From positions 5,270,001 through 5,334,000 of the forward strand of contig OU015569.1 in NCBI GenBank assembly GCA_907165135.1: a stretch of DNA of 64,000 bases. Direction: 5' to 3'. Both the position numbers and the translations under genes were made by a program. This DNA is from Oikopleura dioica (taxonomy: Eukaryota > Animalia > Chordata). How positions within the stretch are numbered: the stretch's first letter is position 1; every line of letters starts with the position of its first letter. Under the pieces are notes generated by a model. The model saw only the letters and a list, made by a program, of their open reading frames with translations. It had not been told where the DNA came from and searched no databases. Positions 36,188 through 47,609 of the stretch are shown here, in pieces.

Positions 36188-39100
36188 TCAGGAAGCGGCA
36201 ATTGCCTCTTCAAGCGAGGCGAACACTTGACGTCCACCCCTTCGTGATCTTGTTCGGTTGTCTCCTCCTCCGTCGGTAGGAACTCCACTGCGGCGAGCCC
36301 GTCGTCGCTTCTGAAAACATATATTTAGTTAATGGGCTACCCTAAAGATCTGTAAAGTTGCTAAATGGTTTTTCATGCAGCATGCCATTGTGTCCTTAAG
36401 AGCTCGTGTGTTTGTCTTTAATGTCTTAAATGTTACCATCTTGGCTTGCGTCTTCGGCGTTTGTCGCCCCTCAGCTATAATTCGCATGTTACGACCTCGC
36501 TACTGCTAACTGTGTTCATAGAATGCGTTAGAGAATGAATGAAGAAATCGCACTTTAACGATCTTGCTCTTCCCCACTTTTCGCTGGAAGAGCGAAAACA
36601 TCTGACGATTCCTCTGGTAAGCCCTCGCAAAAAAGAATCTCTTTTGCGTAAAATGTCTTGAGTGAAATGAATGCTGATGAAGAAATCTTTCGGTATCAAT
36701 TACAACCGGCACTTTATACGTGTGGCCTGAAAATGAATGCTGTTTATACAATTTCGTAGGGATATTTAAAAAATATCCCGCAGAAAGGTTATGCTGTAGC
36801 GACGTAAGACCCTGAATCAATCACATTCGAGCCTGGATACTTGAACTGATCAATCAAATTCGCAAAATGACGGCGATAAAATTCACGAGGAACTTTATCC
36901 GGAACGGGCGTGTTACCTTATTCCCCTCGCCGGACTGAAGAGCCTTGAGCATATCATCGATGACATTTTCAGATTCATCGTCGATGATCTGTGTTTTTGA
37001 CGCAGAGCTTTGAAGTTTTTGCTTCTTCTTTATTTTGGCCTAGATAAGAGCGTTAAATGAATTCATAAATGGAAGTAACGGAATGAATAAAAATCAGTTT
37101 TATATTTACCTGCTCCGCTGCGACTTTAGCCATTTCTCGTCGTGATTTCTTCTCTTCCTCCTCTTTCCTCATTTGATTCTCGCGAACGGCAGCCGCGTAA
37201 TCCTCCCGGAATTGATTCATCATCGAGAAGAATGCTAAATTAATACTATAAAATTTCCACTAAAAACATATGTTTACCTTCAATAGGTGTTTTCTTGGTG
37301 TTAAAACATAGGTAATCTGCTAATGACTCGTACTCTTGATCAAGAGTCGCTTTCAGATCAAGGCACAATTTGTGTTGTTCCGTGGCAGTGATCAGGAATT
37401 CATTCATCGTCTCATCAAATTGATCGTCTTGGTCCTTGTTCAACAGCTTACTGACTTGCTCGACATTCTTCTCCAAGTTCTTCACCTCTTTCGTCAGGTT
37501 GTTGATGCTCTTGTTGAGATCGTCTTGAGCAACGCGGCGCGCTCGATCAGCTGCATGCAGGTCTTTATCGAAGCCTCGTATTTCTTCGTATTTGGGGTCG
37601 GTTTCGATAAGCTGGGCAATAAAATGCAGCATCGTCATTGAGTTATCGGCGGTTTTAGAATCGCGAAGTTTTGGCAAGTATTCTATATCAAAACCAAAAC
37701 TCTGCTGGTTTCGTCCACCAGCATTCATGACGTTTCCAATGAACAGAACCAATTCAAGGAACAGCCTGAAAGGCTTCGACTTTGAAATCTTTCTCGACGC
37801 TTCTGTTACGCTGACGATATCTGGTTTGATGTTTCGGTCAACGATCTCTTCGAATTCACGCTGGAATTTTATCGTTTCCAGACGCATGTGAACTCTGTGC
37901 ATGTCGGAAACGACGACGCAGAATTTTTCCGCTTCGACTAACTCGTTGTATTCGTCTTTGAGCTCTTTAAACATAGAAATCTGCTCAGCATCCGGCAACT
38001 GATTGAGTAAACCGACAACGAATGATGTTTCTAGTTCTGGAGAGCATTGAAGGATCTGTTTGCGTACGGTCTGGTATGGAACCTTGACTCGGCCAAGGAA
38101 AATTGACAAGTTCTGGGCCTTCTTTGCGTCAAGAATCTTATTCTCCTTTTGTCGTTTCTTTTCAACAGCCGGTCCGTCTGATCTTGTGTTTTTAGGAGCC
38201 TTAGTAGCAAAGACGGAGGCGATTTCAGACATGAGGGATTCATTCGCGAATTTTTGTTCATTCGCCTTTGTCCAGATTGAGCCCTCCTTCAACTTAACGG
38301 GTTCTATTTTTTGCCAATTAAGTCGTTTAGTCTGGGCGGACTCGTATTTTTTCTTCATTGTAAGACCAAAAGGAAGAGGCCGAGCCCCACCGATCATGCC
38401 GCCTGGTGGAGGAGGCAGGCCACCCATTCCAGGAGGACCTGGTGGTCCAGGGGGACCGCGCATACCGGGAGGTGGAGGAGGGGGAGGACCACCAGGGCCA
38501 ACCATTCCAGGAGGTGGCGGCGGAGGTGGTGGACCACCAGGGCCAGTCATTCCAGGAGGTGGAGGCGGAGGGGGTGGACCACCTGGACCAGCCATTCCCG
38601 GAGGTGGGGGCGGAGGGGGTGGACCACCAGTGCCAGCCATTCCAGGAGGTGGAGGAGGAGGAGGCGGCCCACCCATTCCAGGGGGTGGGGGTGGAGGTGG
38701 AGGACCGCCGGGAACGGCCATACCAGGAGGAGGCGGAGGGGAGGAGGCCCTCCCATTCCAGGGGGTGCTGGAGGACCAGGTGGAGCGGGGCCAACAATTG
38801 TTTTCGCCGCTTTCAAGGCGACAATTTCTTTTTGCAAATTTGATATTTCAACATTTTTCTCGACTCTTTCTTTCTCTAGTTCTGCGGATAGCTCTTCATT
38901 GTTCACTCTTAGACTTTGTAAATCAGCATCGTTGACCAGCTCGGTGAGAAGGCCATCGACATTCACAGGCAATTTATTTGAGCTCTTTTGAACACGGAAG
39001 TCTGGATCGGTGCCGTTGGGCGTAATGACAAGCTGCGCGACGCAGTCCTCGATCAGACGATAGTGCTGTGATTTGGTGACAGGGTCATCGCGAACGAATA

Positions 39101-40820
39101 GTAAGTGCTGTAGAATAGAGACAAAGTACTGCTCGGCTTCGGTGCCTTTCGTCGAATGATAAAGATATTTGAAAAGTTCGGACGAGAGTTTGAGATCTTC
39201 TCGGATTGCGCTGAACGATGGCTAGATTTATGCGTAGTTGGTAAGACTTACCTAAGTCTATCATGAAGCTCCTGCTGATCGTCTTCTCGCTCTTTTATAT
39301 AATCGTCGCACTGTCGTATAAGCAGATCTTGCTTGTCGTCGACCGCTTCGGATCGTATCCTGCTGATAAGCGTATCTTTCAGCCCGTTGCGGATAAACTC
39401 ATTTCTCAGGGATATTCTCACGTCGATGTCGCCGTCCGATTCCTCGTCGTTATCATTTTTGTTTTTTAAAATTTCATTGATCAAAATAAGCACGTACTGC
39501 CTCGTAAATATCTGGTTTTGTCGTTGAGTAACGGAATCAGCCTGGAATCAGACATAAGAAACTAGAATTCATTTGAAAGAACTTGCCTCATGATCTTCAG
39601 GAATTTTGAGACGCAAAATATTGACTAGATTTTTGAATCGTGATTTCGGAAAGCCATTTTCGTCGGTAAACTCTTCCGCATTTTCTGTCAGCGCACGGAT
39701 GATGTGACTCTGCCCGTCGGCATCAATGGCGACGACTGCCAGTAGCTTCGACGATTGATGAATCACAGAAAGTGGTATGTCAGGATTGAGCGTCAGGCAT
39801 AGTGCCTTGATAGCGCGGAACTCCTTCACGAGCCGCTTGTAACCGAAGCCAACGTTTCCAATTTTGCAAATACTGCGAGAATCAAAGGGATATGAAAGCA
39901 AGAGAGAGATAATGACTCACCTTAGAACAAGGTTTTTTATGTTAAATTCCACTCTTCTCAGTTCTGCGTCAAGCCGCGTCGCGTCCTGTGTCATCCCAAA
40001 CATGTCGATCGAGTATCTCAGTTTCCTCTTCGTTTCGAGATACTCAACTGTTTGTGCTCTCATAATTTCGACGAGGGTAGACAGTCCATCTGTTTTCTGG
40101 CCAGCATCGTCTCCACCGCGGTCCACAGGACTGCAGAACTCTTTCAACCAGTTGACCGTATTTGAGCTCGCTCCGACCTAAAAATGATAGAAAAGTCCCT
40201 CGCGGTCAGAAAAAACTACCTTTACGGCCTCAAGAGTAGCCCTCAATTCGCTCTTTTTCATCGTTTTCCACGAAAGAAGATCTTGCGAGTGATTCCTCGA
40301 GTCGCTTGCAAGCGCTTTGTTCGAATTAAACATCCACATGACGACCCTAGAAATGGAATGAAAACAACTCGGTTTCAGATTACAACTTACATTTGCTCTT
40401 TTATTGGTCTTATATTTTTTCGAATTGGACCTCTCGATGCTTCTTTGATGTCCGTATCGTTCATCATTTTCTCAAGTAACTCATCGAGCTAAAGGTATTT
40501 TTGTCAGAATTTTTCACAAATCAAGGAAGAGAAAGGATTTGAAAAAAATCAAGGAAGAGACTGTGACAACAAGATTTTCAAGAAATTACCTTTTTATCTG
40601 ATATCGCTTGGCAAAACGCTTTTGTCTGGTCCATGGTCATGTTTCCACCAAAGCCGCTATCTACTCCCGATTTGGTCGATCTCATTTTGTGTTTCTCTGG
40701 CTTCTCTCCGGATATGTAACTAAACAAGTGTTATGTTTCATACACTCTTTTCCGATAGCGATTGTCACTGTACCTAGTTATCCTAGAGAGGCCTCTATCT
40801 TTGTCTTTATGTTTATCCAT
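36188..40820 (-). CDS. DIAPH: Diaphanous-related formin (GBD/FH3, FH1, FH2, DAD)
   Basis: GBD-like LDELLEKMMND..IKE...PIR; FH1 (PPPPPPPGMxG)n; FH2 KRLNWQKI, ILDAKKAQNLSIFL, LFIGNVMNAG, GFDIEYLPKLRDSK; DAD VIDDMLKALQSG. The 3' exons are uncertain, with one probable frameshift at about 38740. Confidence 0.93.
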
Positions 40821-42109
40821 TTCCGACTACAGTTCTCTTTTCATTTCTTAATCATTTTTATGAGCATATGAAATTTCTTTTTTAAAATTGAAAAATTTCC
40901 GCGCTGATCAAAGAAAAACGCGCTTGGCCGTTTGTTTGTCAACGGTTGTGTCTCTCTCTCTCTTTTATCCCGGACGCGAATCGCGAAATCACACATTTCG
41001 AAAAAAAATGTTCAGCAGGCCAAAAAAGCAAATTGAATCATCTCAAAAGTAGTAAAACGGCTACATGATTTATTTCTCATGACGTGGTCAGGTTAATTTT
41101 TCACTAGCTAGGCTCCTTTCACGAAACTTTTGCTTATCAGACGGAAATTTAATTAACGACCGCCGTTTTATCTGGCTATAGATCGGGCTTTCCTATGAAA
41201 ACTCATGCTAGATATCTACTTGATGGGCAACGTTAATGTCAAAATGGACCAGGGGAAACAATAACTCATATTCATCATTTCAGTTAAAAGGTTATTCACG
41301 TCATAAAAATGCTCATCGATTTAAGCAAGTCAATGCCCTATAAAATACACCAACTCGAATAGGATGATTTATACCTTTTTGTAGTTGCACTTCTTCCGAT
41401 AAAACGCGTTCTAGCCATGATATTTTTTAAAGAAAAATGTCTCTTTCAAAAAAATACGCAAATTTGAATAATAGCCAAGAATAGGCAAATCAGCCGGCGA
41501 AAAAGTAAAACGGTCGGATGAGAATCTACCCAGTGTGGCGGAAATTTCGACCCAGTTTCATTTGACCCTTGTTATTGTGAGATTTTTGAGATCGTAGATA
41601 AGGATCGAAAACGAATTTTTAATAGGTTTTGAAGTTCATTGTTGAATATGGTTTTTTTTTGAATGGAGGAACAATTGGATGACGCTCACAAACTCAAGAC
41701 TCAAGAATCGGATAGGGCATCATAAGTTTTAGTATTTATTACTTACGATGAAAGATAATTGCTCGAAAATGCTTGAACTCCTGAAGATTAGTCGTAATTT
41801 TAGCTTTTCAAGTGGGTATTTAGCACGGATAAAGAAAAAAATGAAGAACACCAGCAGCTACTTAATTTTGCTTTCTGAGAGTTGAGCCTGTGAGCACCAT
41901 AGCTTTATTTCGGATTGAGAAAATAAGGAGAAATAAGTTCAAAATTAATGCTAGGTAAAGATTTTGCGAGATAAAAAGAAATTCGAAGGGCACAGTCGGG
42001 AATACAGCCTAAGGCTATAAAATAAATACACACGCATTGAAAAAATCTGGTTTGCGAACTGGCAAACTACAGGAAGTACAGTTAAAAATCAACGTCAATT
42101 GTGTCAGTG

Positions 42110-45100
42110 TCAGTGACAATCGGGAGTAGTCTGGATCATGTTGCCAGAGAGGATGATCCGCTTCCAAGCGAACAAGTAAAAACCGAGGCCAGCCGAAAAC
42201 ACAACAGTAAGACACAAGTATAGATTGAACGTCATAAAAACAAGCATCAGACAAAGGCTGATAAACTGCTGCAGCACATAAGAAACGCTGAGAAGAATGT
42301 GGGTTGATGATTTAAGTCCGTGGCGGTAGCTTGGGGCCAGCTGTCTAGTGACGAGGGGTGTACGCGAGCCAGGTCGCTCTGGCTCGCCACTGTCAGATTG
42401 ACTCTCGTCTTGGACAGCTTCGTACTTGTTGTGGAAGGAACAGATGAGCTCTGAACAAAAATTTAACCAACAAAAACGAACCCTGTTCCAGTTTAACTCG
42501 TCAATAAATCAAAGGACATCTTTTATTGTCTTACATCGTTGAGGACTGAGCAGAGTTCGAAATTTTTGCGGCTCCCGGGCAAGGGGGCGGCGGGCGGGCG
42601 GGCACGGGCAGAATATTTAAGATTCCCGGGGGCAAAAACGGTCACGGGCACAAAAACGAATTTTCCCGCGAGCCAAGCGGGCACGGGCACTATAACAAAT
42701 TTTCCCGCGGGCAGATACGGGCACGGGCATGAATGAGAAGATTCCCGCGGGCATAAACGGGCACGGGCGATTTGCCCGCGTTCCCGCACGAAATATTCCC
42801 GAGGGCAGCCCGGGGGAACATTTTTTTCTACTGCTAAATCTCAAGCCTATTTTTCAAAATAAGAAAATAAAATAAAAACGACCCTGAATCAATTCGGATT
42901 TTTAAATCGCAAGTTTTAGGAGCTAGTTGAAACTACGACCGAATGGTCTCCGTTTGGGGAAACGGCGACTTGGGCAAACGGCGATGTGAATTAATTTAAA
43001 TTGATTAATCATATAACTTTTATTGTCTTCTTCACAGTCAATCCTGGCTTCACTTATTTCAATCCCGGCTTCAAAAACTTCGATCCTAGCTTTTCAGACG
43101 TCAATCTTGGTGGCTCAAACTTGAGTCCTGGCATCTCCAGCGTCAATCCCGGCTTCTTCAATGCTGATCCGTTATCAATGTTGATCACTTACTTCAATCC
43201 AAGCTTCTCAAACGTCACTCCCGGCTTCTCAATTGTCAATCATCGCTTCTTGAATGTCGATCATGGCTTCTTCAAGATAAAAATGGCGTTGAAAAAGCCG
43301 AGATGGAGATGGATGAAGCCGGAATCGACGTTGGAGAAGTCGGGATCGACGATGGAGAAATCGGGATTGACGTCGAAGAAAGAAAATGAGAGAGAGACAA
43401 TGGAGAAGCCATATTTGAACTCGGTGAAGCGAGAATTGGCGATGGAGAAGCCATAATTGATATGGAAGATGATATTGGAGAAAACATGATTGATGTTGGT
43501 GAAGCCAGGATTGGCGTTGAAGAAGCCAGGATTGACATTAAAAAAGCCAAATAATGTCTAATGATTTGATAATGTCTAATGAACTTTTTTCAGATCGCCG
43601 TTTCTCCAAGTTGGGCAAACGGCGATTTGGGCCAACGGAGAGGGGATATTAAATGAAGATTTGTAAAATGCACTAAAATCCATGAAAATTTGTCAAGCTT
43701 CTCACGTCTATTTGTGATGTCGTAGAGATATCATGATGGTATGTACTGATAGAGTAGAGTCTCTTCTATCTAAAAAATCAAAAATTTTCAAAAATTTATC
43801 AACCTGCGGTTCTAGAGAGCTTCAAAACATCATTTTCGCAGAAGAGGAGCCTCTTTTTGCTGGAAGACCAGATTTAGGTCCTCCGCTCCTTTTTCACATT
43901 TCTAGCTCATAGAACGCTTAGGTTCATACTTTTAAATGATGTTTTTAGTTTTTACGATAGTTTCAGATATACTCTATCAGAAAATTACATCATTACAGTC
44001 GTATGACGTCACACTTAGCCGCAAACGGCTTGACAAAATTTCCCAAATTTAAACTTTAACTCTCATTTTCTCAGCTTCTAGCGCCTTATTTTGAAATCGG
44101 GCTGGTTAGAAAAGTTCGATGTTGTCTTAAGAATTAATTGAAATATAAAATAATTTAAATTCACTAAAAATGTGATTTTTGAAAATTTTCATTTGAGATC
44201 CCCAGACCAGTCCGATTTCTGATCGAAACAATTCTGCATTTTGCAGAACTATTCTGCATGCACAATGTGCATTGTACATCGTCCATGAGTTTATTTTTGC
44301 ATATAGACGTGCTTTTTTAAGGTTAACGAAGTTTTCCAGCCCACTTCCGCCTTATAGACCCCCGAACACCATACTTTTTTAGAATCAGCAGAAAATTTCA
44401 AAAACTTTGGCGGTTTAAAATTCTAGAGAATTCTAGTCTCTGTCGATTCTAGAGCCGGAAGTTGACGAAATTTAGTTAAAATGGTAGAGTGTGACCTATC
44501 AAATTGATGCTAAGAAGATTTCGAGTCATCCTTAAATCAATATTTCAGAAGAAACAGTCCCAAACCTGGTCAAACCGACCGTTAAAATTATGTAAAAAAG
44601 GCATAAAGTGATGAATTTTTTTTCACTTTTTTCCGGTTTATATTACCGCGGTTGGTCTTGATTCTTGGTCTAAAATGATATGAAATCGTCTAAGCATCAA
44701 TTTGATAGGTCACACTTCACCATAACACCTAAATTACGTCAACTTCCGGCTCTAGAACCGACCGGAAGTGGAGTTTTCTAGAATTTTGAACCGTTAAAGT
44801 TCTTAAAATTTTCTGTTGATTTGTAAAGGTATAATTAGGTGTAATGGTAGAAAAATCAACCCCACGATCACCTCTTCTAAACTTCTTTTTTGATGCAGAA
44901 TAAGAATCTTTAGGTCGCGGCGATCATTTTGATACCAAATTCATCGAAATCCGACTTGGTTTTCGACATAAAAGTACCATTTGAAGTTCGAAAATGAGCA
45001 CTAGAAATTTTCTAGCGCCCGGAAAAGGATGATTACTCCAGCCTATCAGCACGTGCCTCATTCCAGATTGTAAAGCAGGTTATATTCTATCAGAATCTAT

Positions 45101-46540
45101 TCTCAGAAGTTGTGAACAGGGACTCTAGCGAGAACCAGCGCCCGAAGAAGCTCGAAAAATGAAGCAAAATTGAAGTGAAAATTTCACTGAAATCGTTTGT
45201 CTGAGTTCACGGCAGCCATTTTTGGCCTTGATTTTACCCGATTTTTTGAGCTTCTTCGGGCGCTGGTTCTCACTAGAGTCCCTGTTCACAACTTCTGAGA
45301 ATAGATTCTGATAGAATAGAACCTGCTCTACAATCTGGAATTAGGCACGTGCTGATAGGCTGGAGTAATCATCCTTTTCCGGGCGCTAGAAAATTTCTAG
45401 TGCTCATTTTTGAACTTCTAATGGTATCTTTATGCCGAAAACCAAGTTGGATTTCGGTGAATTTGGTATCATAATGATCGCCTCGACCTCAAGATTCTGC
45501 ATCAAAAAATAAGTTTAGAAAAGGCGATCATGGGGTCGATTTTTCTACCATTACACCTAGGTATAATGTTAGGGGGTCTATAAGGCGGAAATGGGCTGGA
45601 AAACTTCGTTAACCTTAAAAAAGCACGTCATAACAGTTCTGTATGCAGATTAGTTTTCAATATACTCCCTCAAGTATTTGGTGTCTATTTCCACGCTATT
45701 TAAATAGTTTAAACACTTTTTCATAAGGTGCATTGAATCTGCCCGTGCCCGTTTAAGCTCGCGGGAATCTTGCCCGTGCCCGAATTTGCCCGCGGGAATA
45801 TTTTTTATTGTGCCCGTGCCCGCTTGTCCCGCGGGAAAATTCGTTTTTTTGCCCGTGACCCCTTTTGCCCTCGGGAATCTTCACTTTCTTGCCCGTGCCC
45901 GTATCTTCCCCCGGGCAAACGCGGGATTTCGAACTCTGGGACTGAGTTGCGCCAGCGACATTCTAGGCGTGAAACTTACTTGTTACGAGATTGTCCCTCC
46001 AAACACGAAGCCACTCGTGGAACAACGTAACGAGGAAGAGCACCAAGCAACTGAGGATCATCTCTTTAGGGGAATTGACAACCCAGGCTTTGAAGATCAT
46101 CTGAACGTCTTCTACTCCAAAGTAAAAATACATCTTCATCATTTCGTCGTGGCTCATCATCATCATATTACTAAAAAATCAATAAAAACTTCAATAGCTG
46201 CATTTCCCATAGGAACTAAGTAGGAGTGAAGAAAATTGACACATTATGGTTGATATATCGACTCTCTATCTATCTCTATGTCTAATTTTGATTTGAAAAA
46301 GTGCCATTGTCAGACAAAATGCAGAAAAACAGCGAAGTAAATATAAACAGAAAGTAGTCCAACTTATAGTGAGAATATTTTCTGTCTCTAAAACTCAAGT
46401 GTTATTCTATTGAGATGTAGATAGATAGACTCTAGCGGCGTTTACTTGTGTTGTGAGTGGTCCATATTCCCGTGGTTCATGTTCGAGTGGTCCATGTTTG
46501 AATGATCCATGTTTGAATGATCCATATTGGAGTGGTCCAT
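42110..46540 (-). CDS. SLC31A1: Copper transporter CTR (SLC31), 3 exons: 46540-46446, 46170-45980, 42450-42110
   Basis: (MDHSN)n N-terminus, MMMM..MKMYFYFG, TM2 LMLVFMTFN (MxxxM), TM3 AGLGFYLF, C-terminal CH-stop. Splice phases match across both introns. Confidence 0.92.
42947..43641. mobile_element. Foldback-like element with opposed 21-bp tandem arrays
   Basis: Ends TCTCCGTT...AACGGAGA with AAACGGCGA subrepeats. Units like GTCAATCCCGGCTTCTTCAAT (about 43030-43270) are followed by their reverse complement (about 43290-43550). No TSD found. Confidence 0.7.
43688..44040. mobile_element. Degenerate palindromic element (old MITE)
   Basis: Nested inverted pairs: TTTGTCAAGC/GCTTGACAAA, CTGATAGAGTA/TACTCTATCAG, AAACATCATT/AATGATGTTT. 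True ends unclear. Confidence 0.4.
44306..45629. mobile_element. Palindromic MITE with GACG...CGTC ends and probable 3-bp TSD (ATA), interrupted by a hAT MITE
   Basis: GACGTGCTTTTTTAAGGTTAACGAAGTTTTCCAGCCC at 44306 and its reverse complement ending at 45629; ATA on both flanks. Confidence 0.82.
44836..45559. mobile_element. hAT-type palindromic MITE (724 bp), same family as 14930-15643
   Basis: Ends TAGGTGTAATGGTAGAAAAAT...ATTTTTCTACCATTACACCTA; 8-bp TSD GGTATAAT at 44828-44835 and 45560-45567; shares internal GAAGTTGTGAACAGGGACTCT with the ZFHX-intron copy. Confidence 0.92.
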
Positions 46541-47609
46541 ATTCACAAATTTCTCTTTCAAAAATAACTCTCGCGATCGACTTCAAACTAAATTGAATTG
46601 GGTCAGAACAAAAGTGTCCCTTTTACGGACTAGTTTTTATTATTGTCGTAAGTGAGGTTTGCGCACAATGCGAAAACAATTAATAAGATGATCGGGCCGT
46701 GAGCTGGGCGCGAGCTCAATTGACGTAAAAAGTAGACGAAGAGCAGAGAAAATCCGGAAGAAAGTTGATCTGTAGGCCTTGCTAATGATAAATGGAGAAA
46801 ACAGACAATATCTTAATGGACTAGAAAGCTAGGGAGAAAACTTAAAATGCTGATAAATAAACCTAAAAACGGAAAAGGTAAAAACGAAAAAGAATTAGTC
46901 GAAATACAGAAACAAAAAAGAACAAGATAAATCTAGTAAAAAAGCTTTGCTTTCATAATTGGTGAAGATAAAGAAAATTATTTCTAAGCATTGCCAAAAA
47001 ATTTAAAAAAAATAGAAACACTTCTGGCAGGTACAGTAAAGCAAAAGTAATATAAAATTTGTAATTGTTAAAAGCTGCGGCAAAAGAAGAATAAACTAGC
47101 TGATTTTCGATGAAATCTCTGCTCTGACAAATAAAGCAATAGTTATAGAGTAAATCGGAAAGTTAATTTTACAAGGGAGCGCCACAGACTCGGCAAAAAC
47201 CACAGTGGTGGGTAATATTACTAATTGGAACAGTTGAGGTGTATAACAGCTTTTGATTGAGGATTGATTCGAAGCTAAGTTCGAAAAAACGAGCTCTATG
47301 TTGGCTGAATTAAGTGGAAAACGCCAGGCGAATCGCAAAACAATTATTCATCAGTAGTGAGCCAGGATAACGATTCAAAAAGATAGGTGGCTAGAAAGGT
47401 TCTGAGATGTGCGTTTTGATTCGACAAGGCTGACAGATTATGGGCTTCTCAAAGAAGGATGAGTTAATGGGAAACAGACTAATTATAAAGCTAAAAGTGG
47501 GTCTAGTTAAATTTACAAGTGTTTGAAGATTGTTGAGCGAAGTGGCTTTCGATCGTTCAGCAAGAGGATACGGCATTCCTCCTCCAAAAACGGTCGGAGT
47601 AATTTAGCT

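Larger units (their letters stand above)
42551..45938. mobile_element. Non-autonomous hAT-type element (3.4 kb) in CTR intron 2, containing nested elements
   Basis: Ends CAGAGTTCGAAAT...ATTTCGAACTCTG; 8-bp TSD GGACTGAG at 42543-42550 and 45939-45946; subterminal CGGGCACGGGCA / CCCGCGGG repeats inverted at the two ends. Confidence 0.9.

Noticed and set aside
38060-38991. Gly-rich or collagen-like and Arg/Trp-rich ORFs on the + strand
   Set aside because: Antisense and shifted readings of the formin FH1 poly-proline region.
43001-43550. 151-aa and 92-aa ORFs with 7-aa periodicity
   Set aside because: Translations of the 21-bp minisatellite inside a mobile element.
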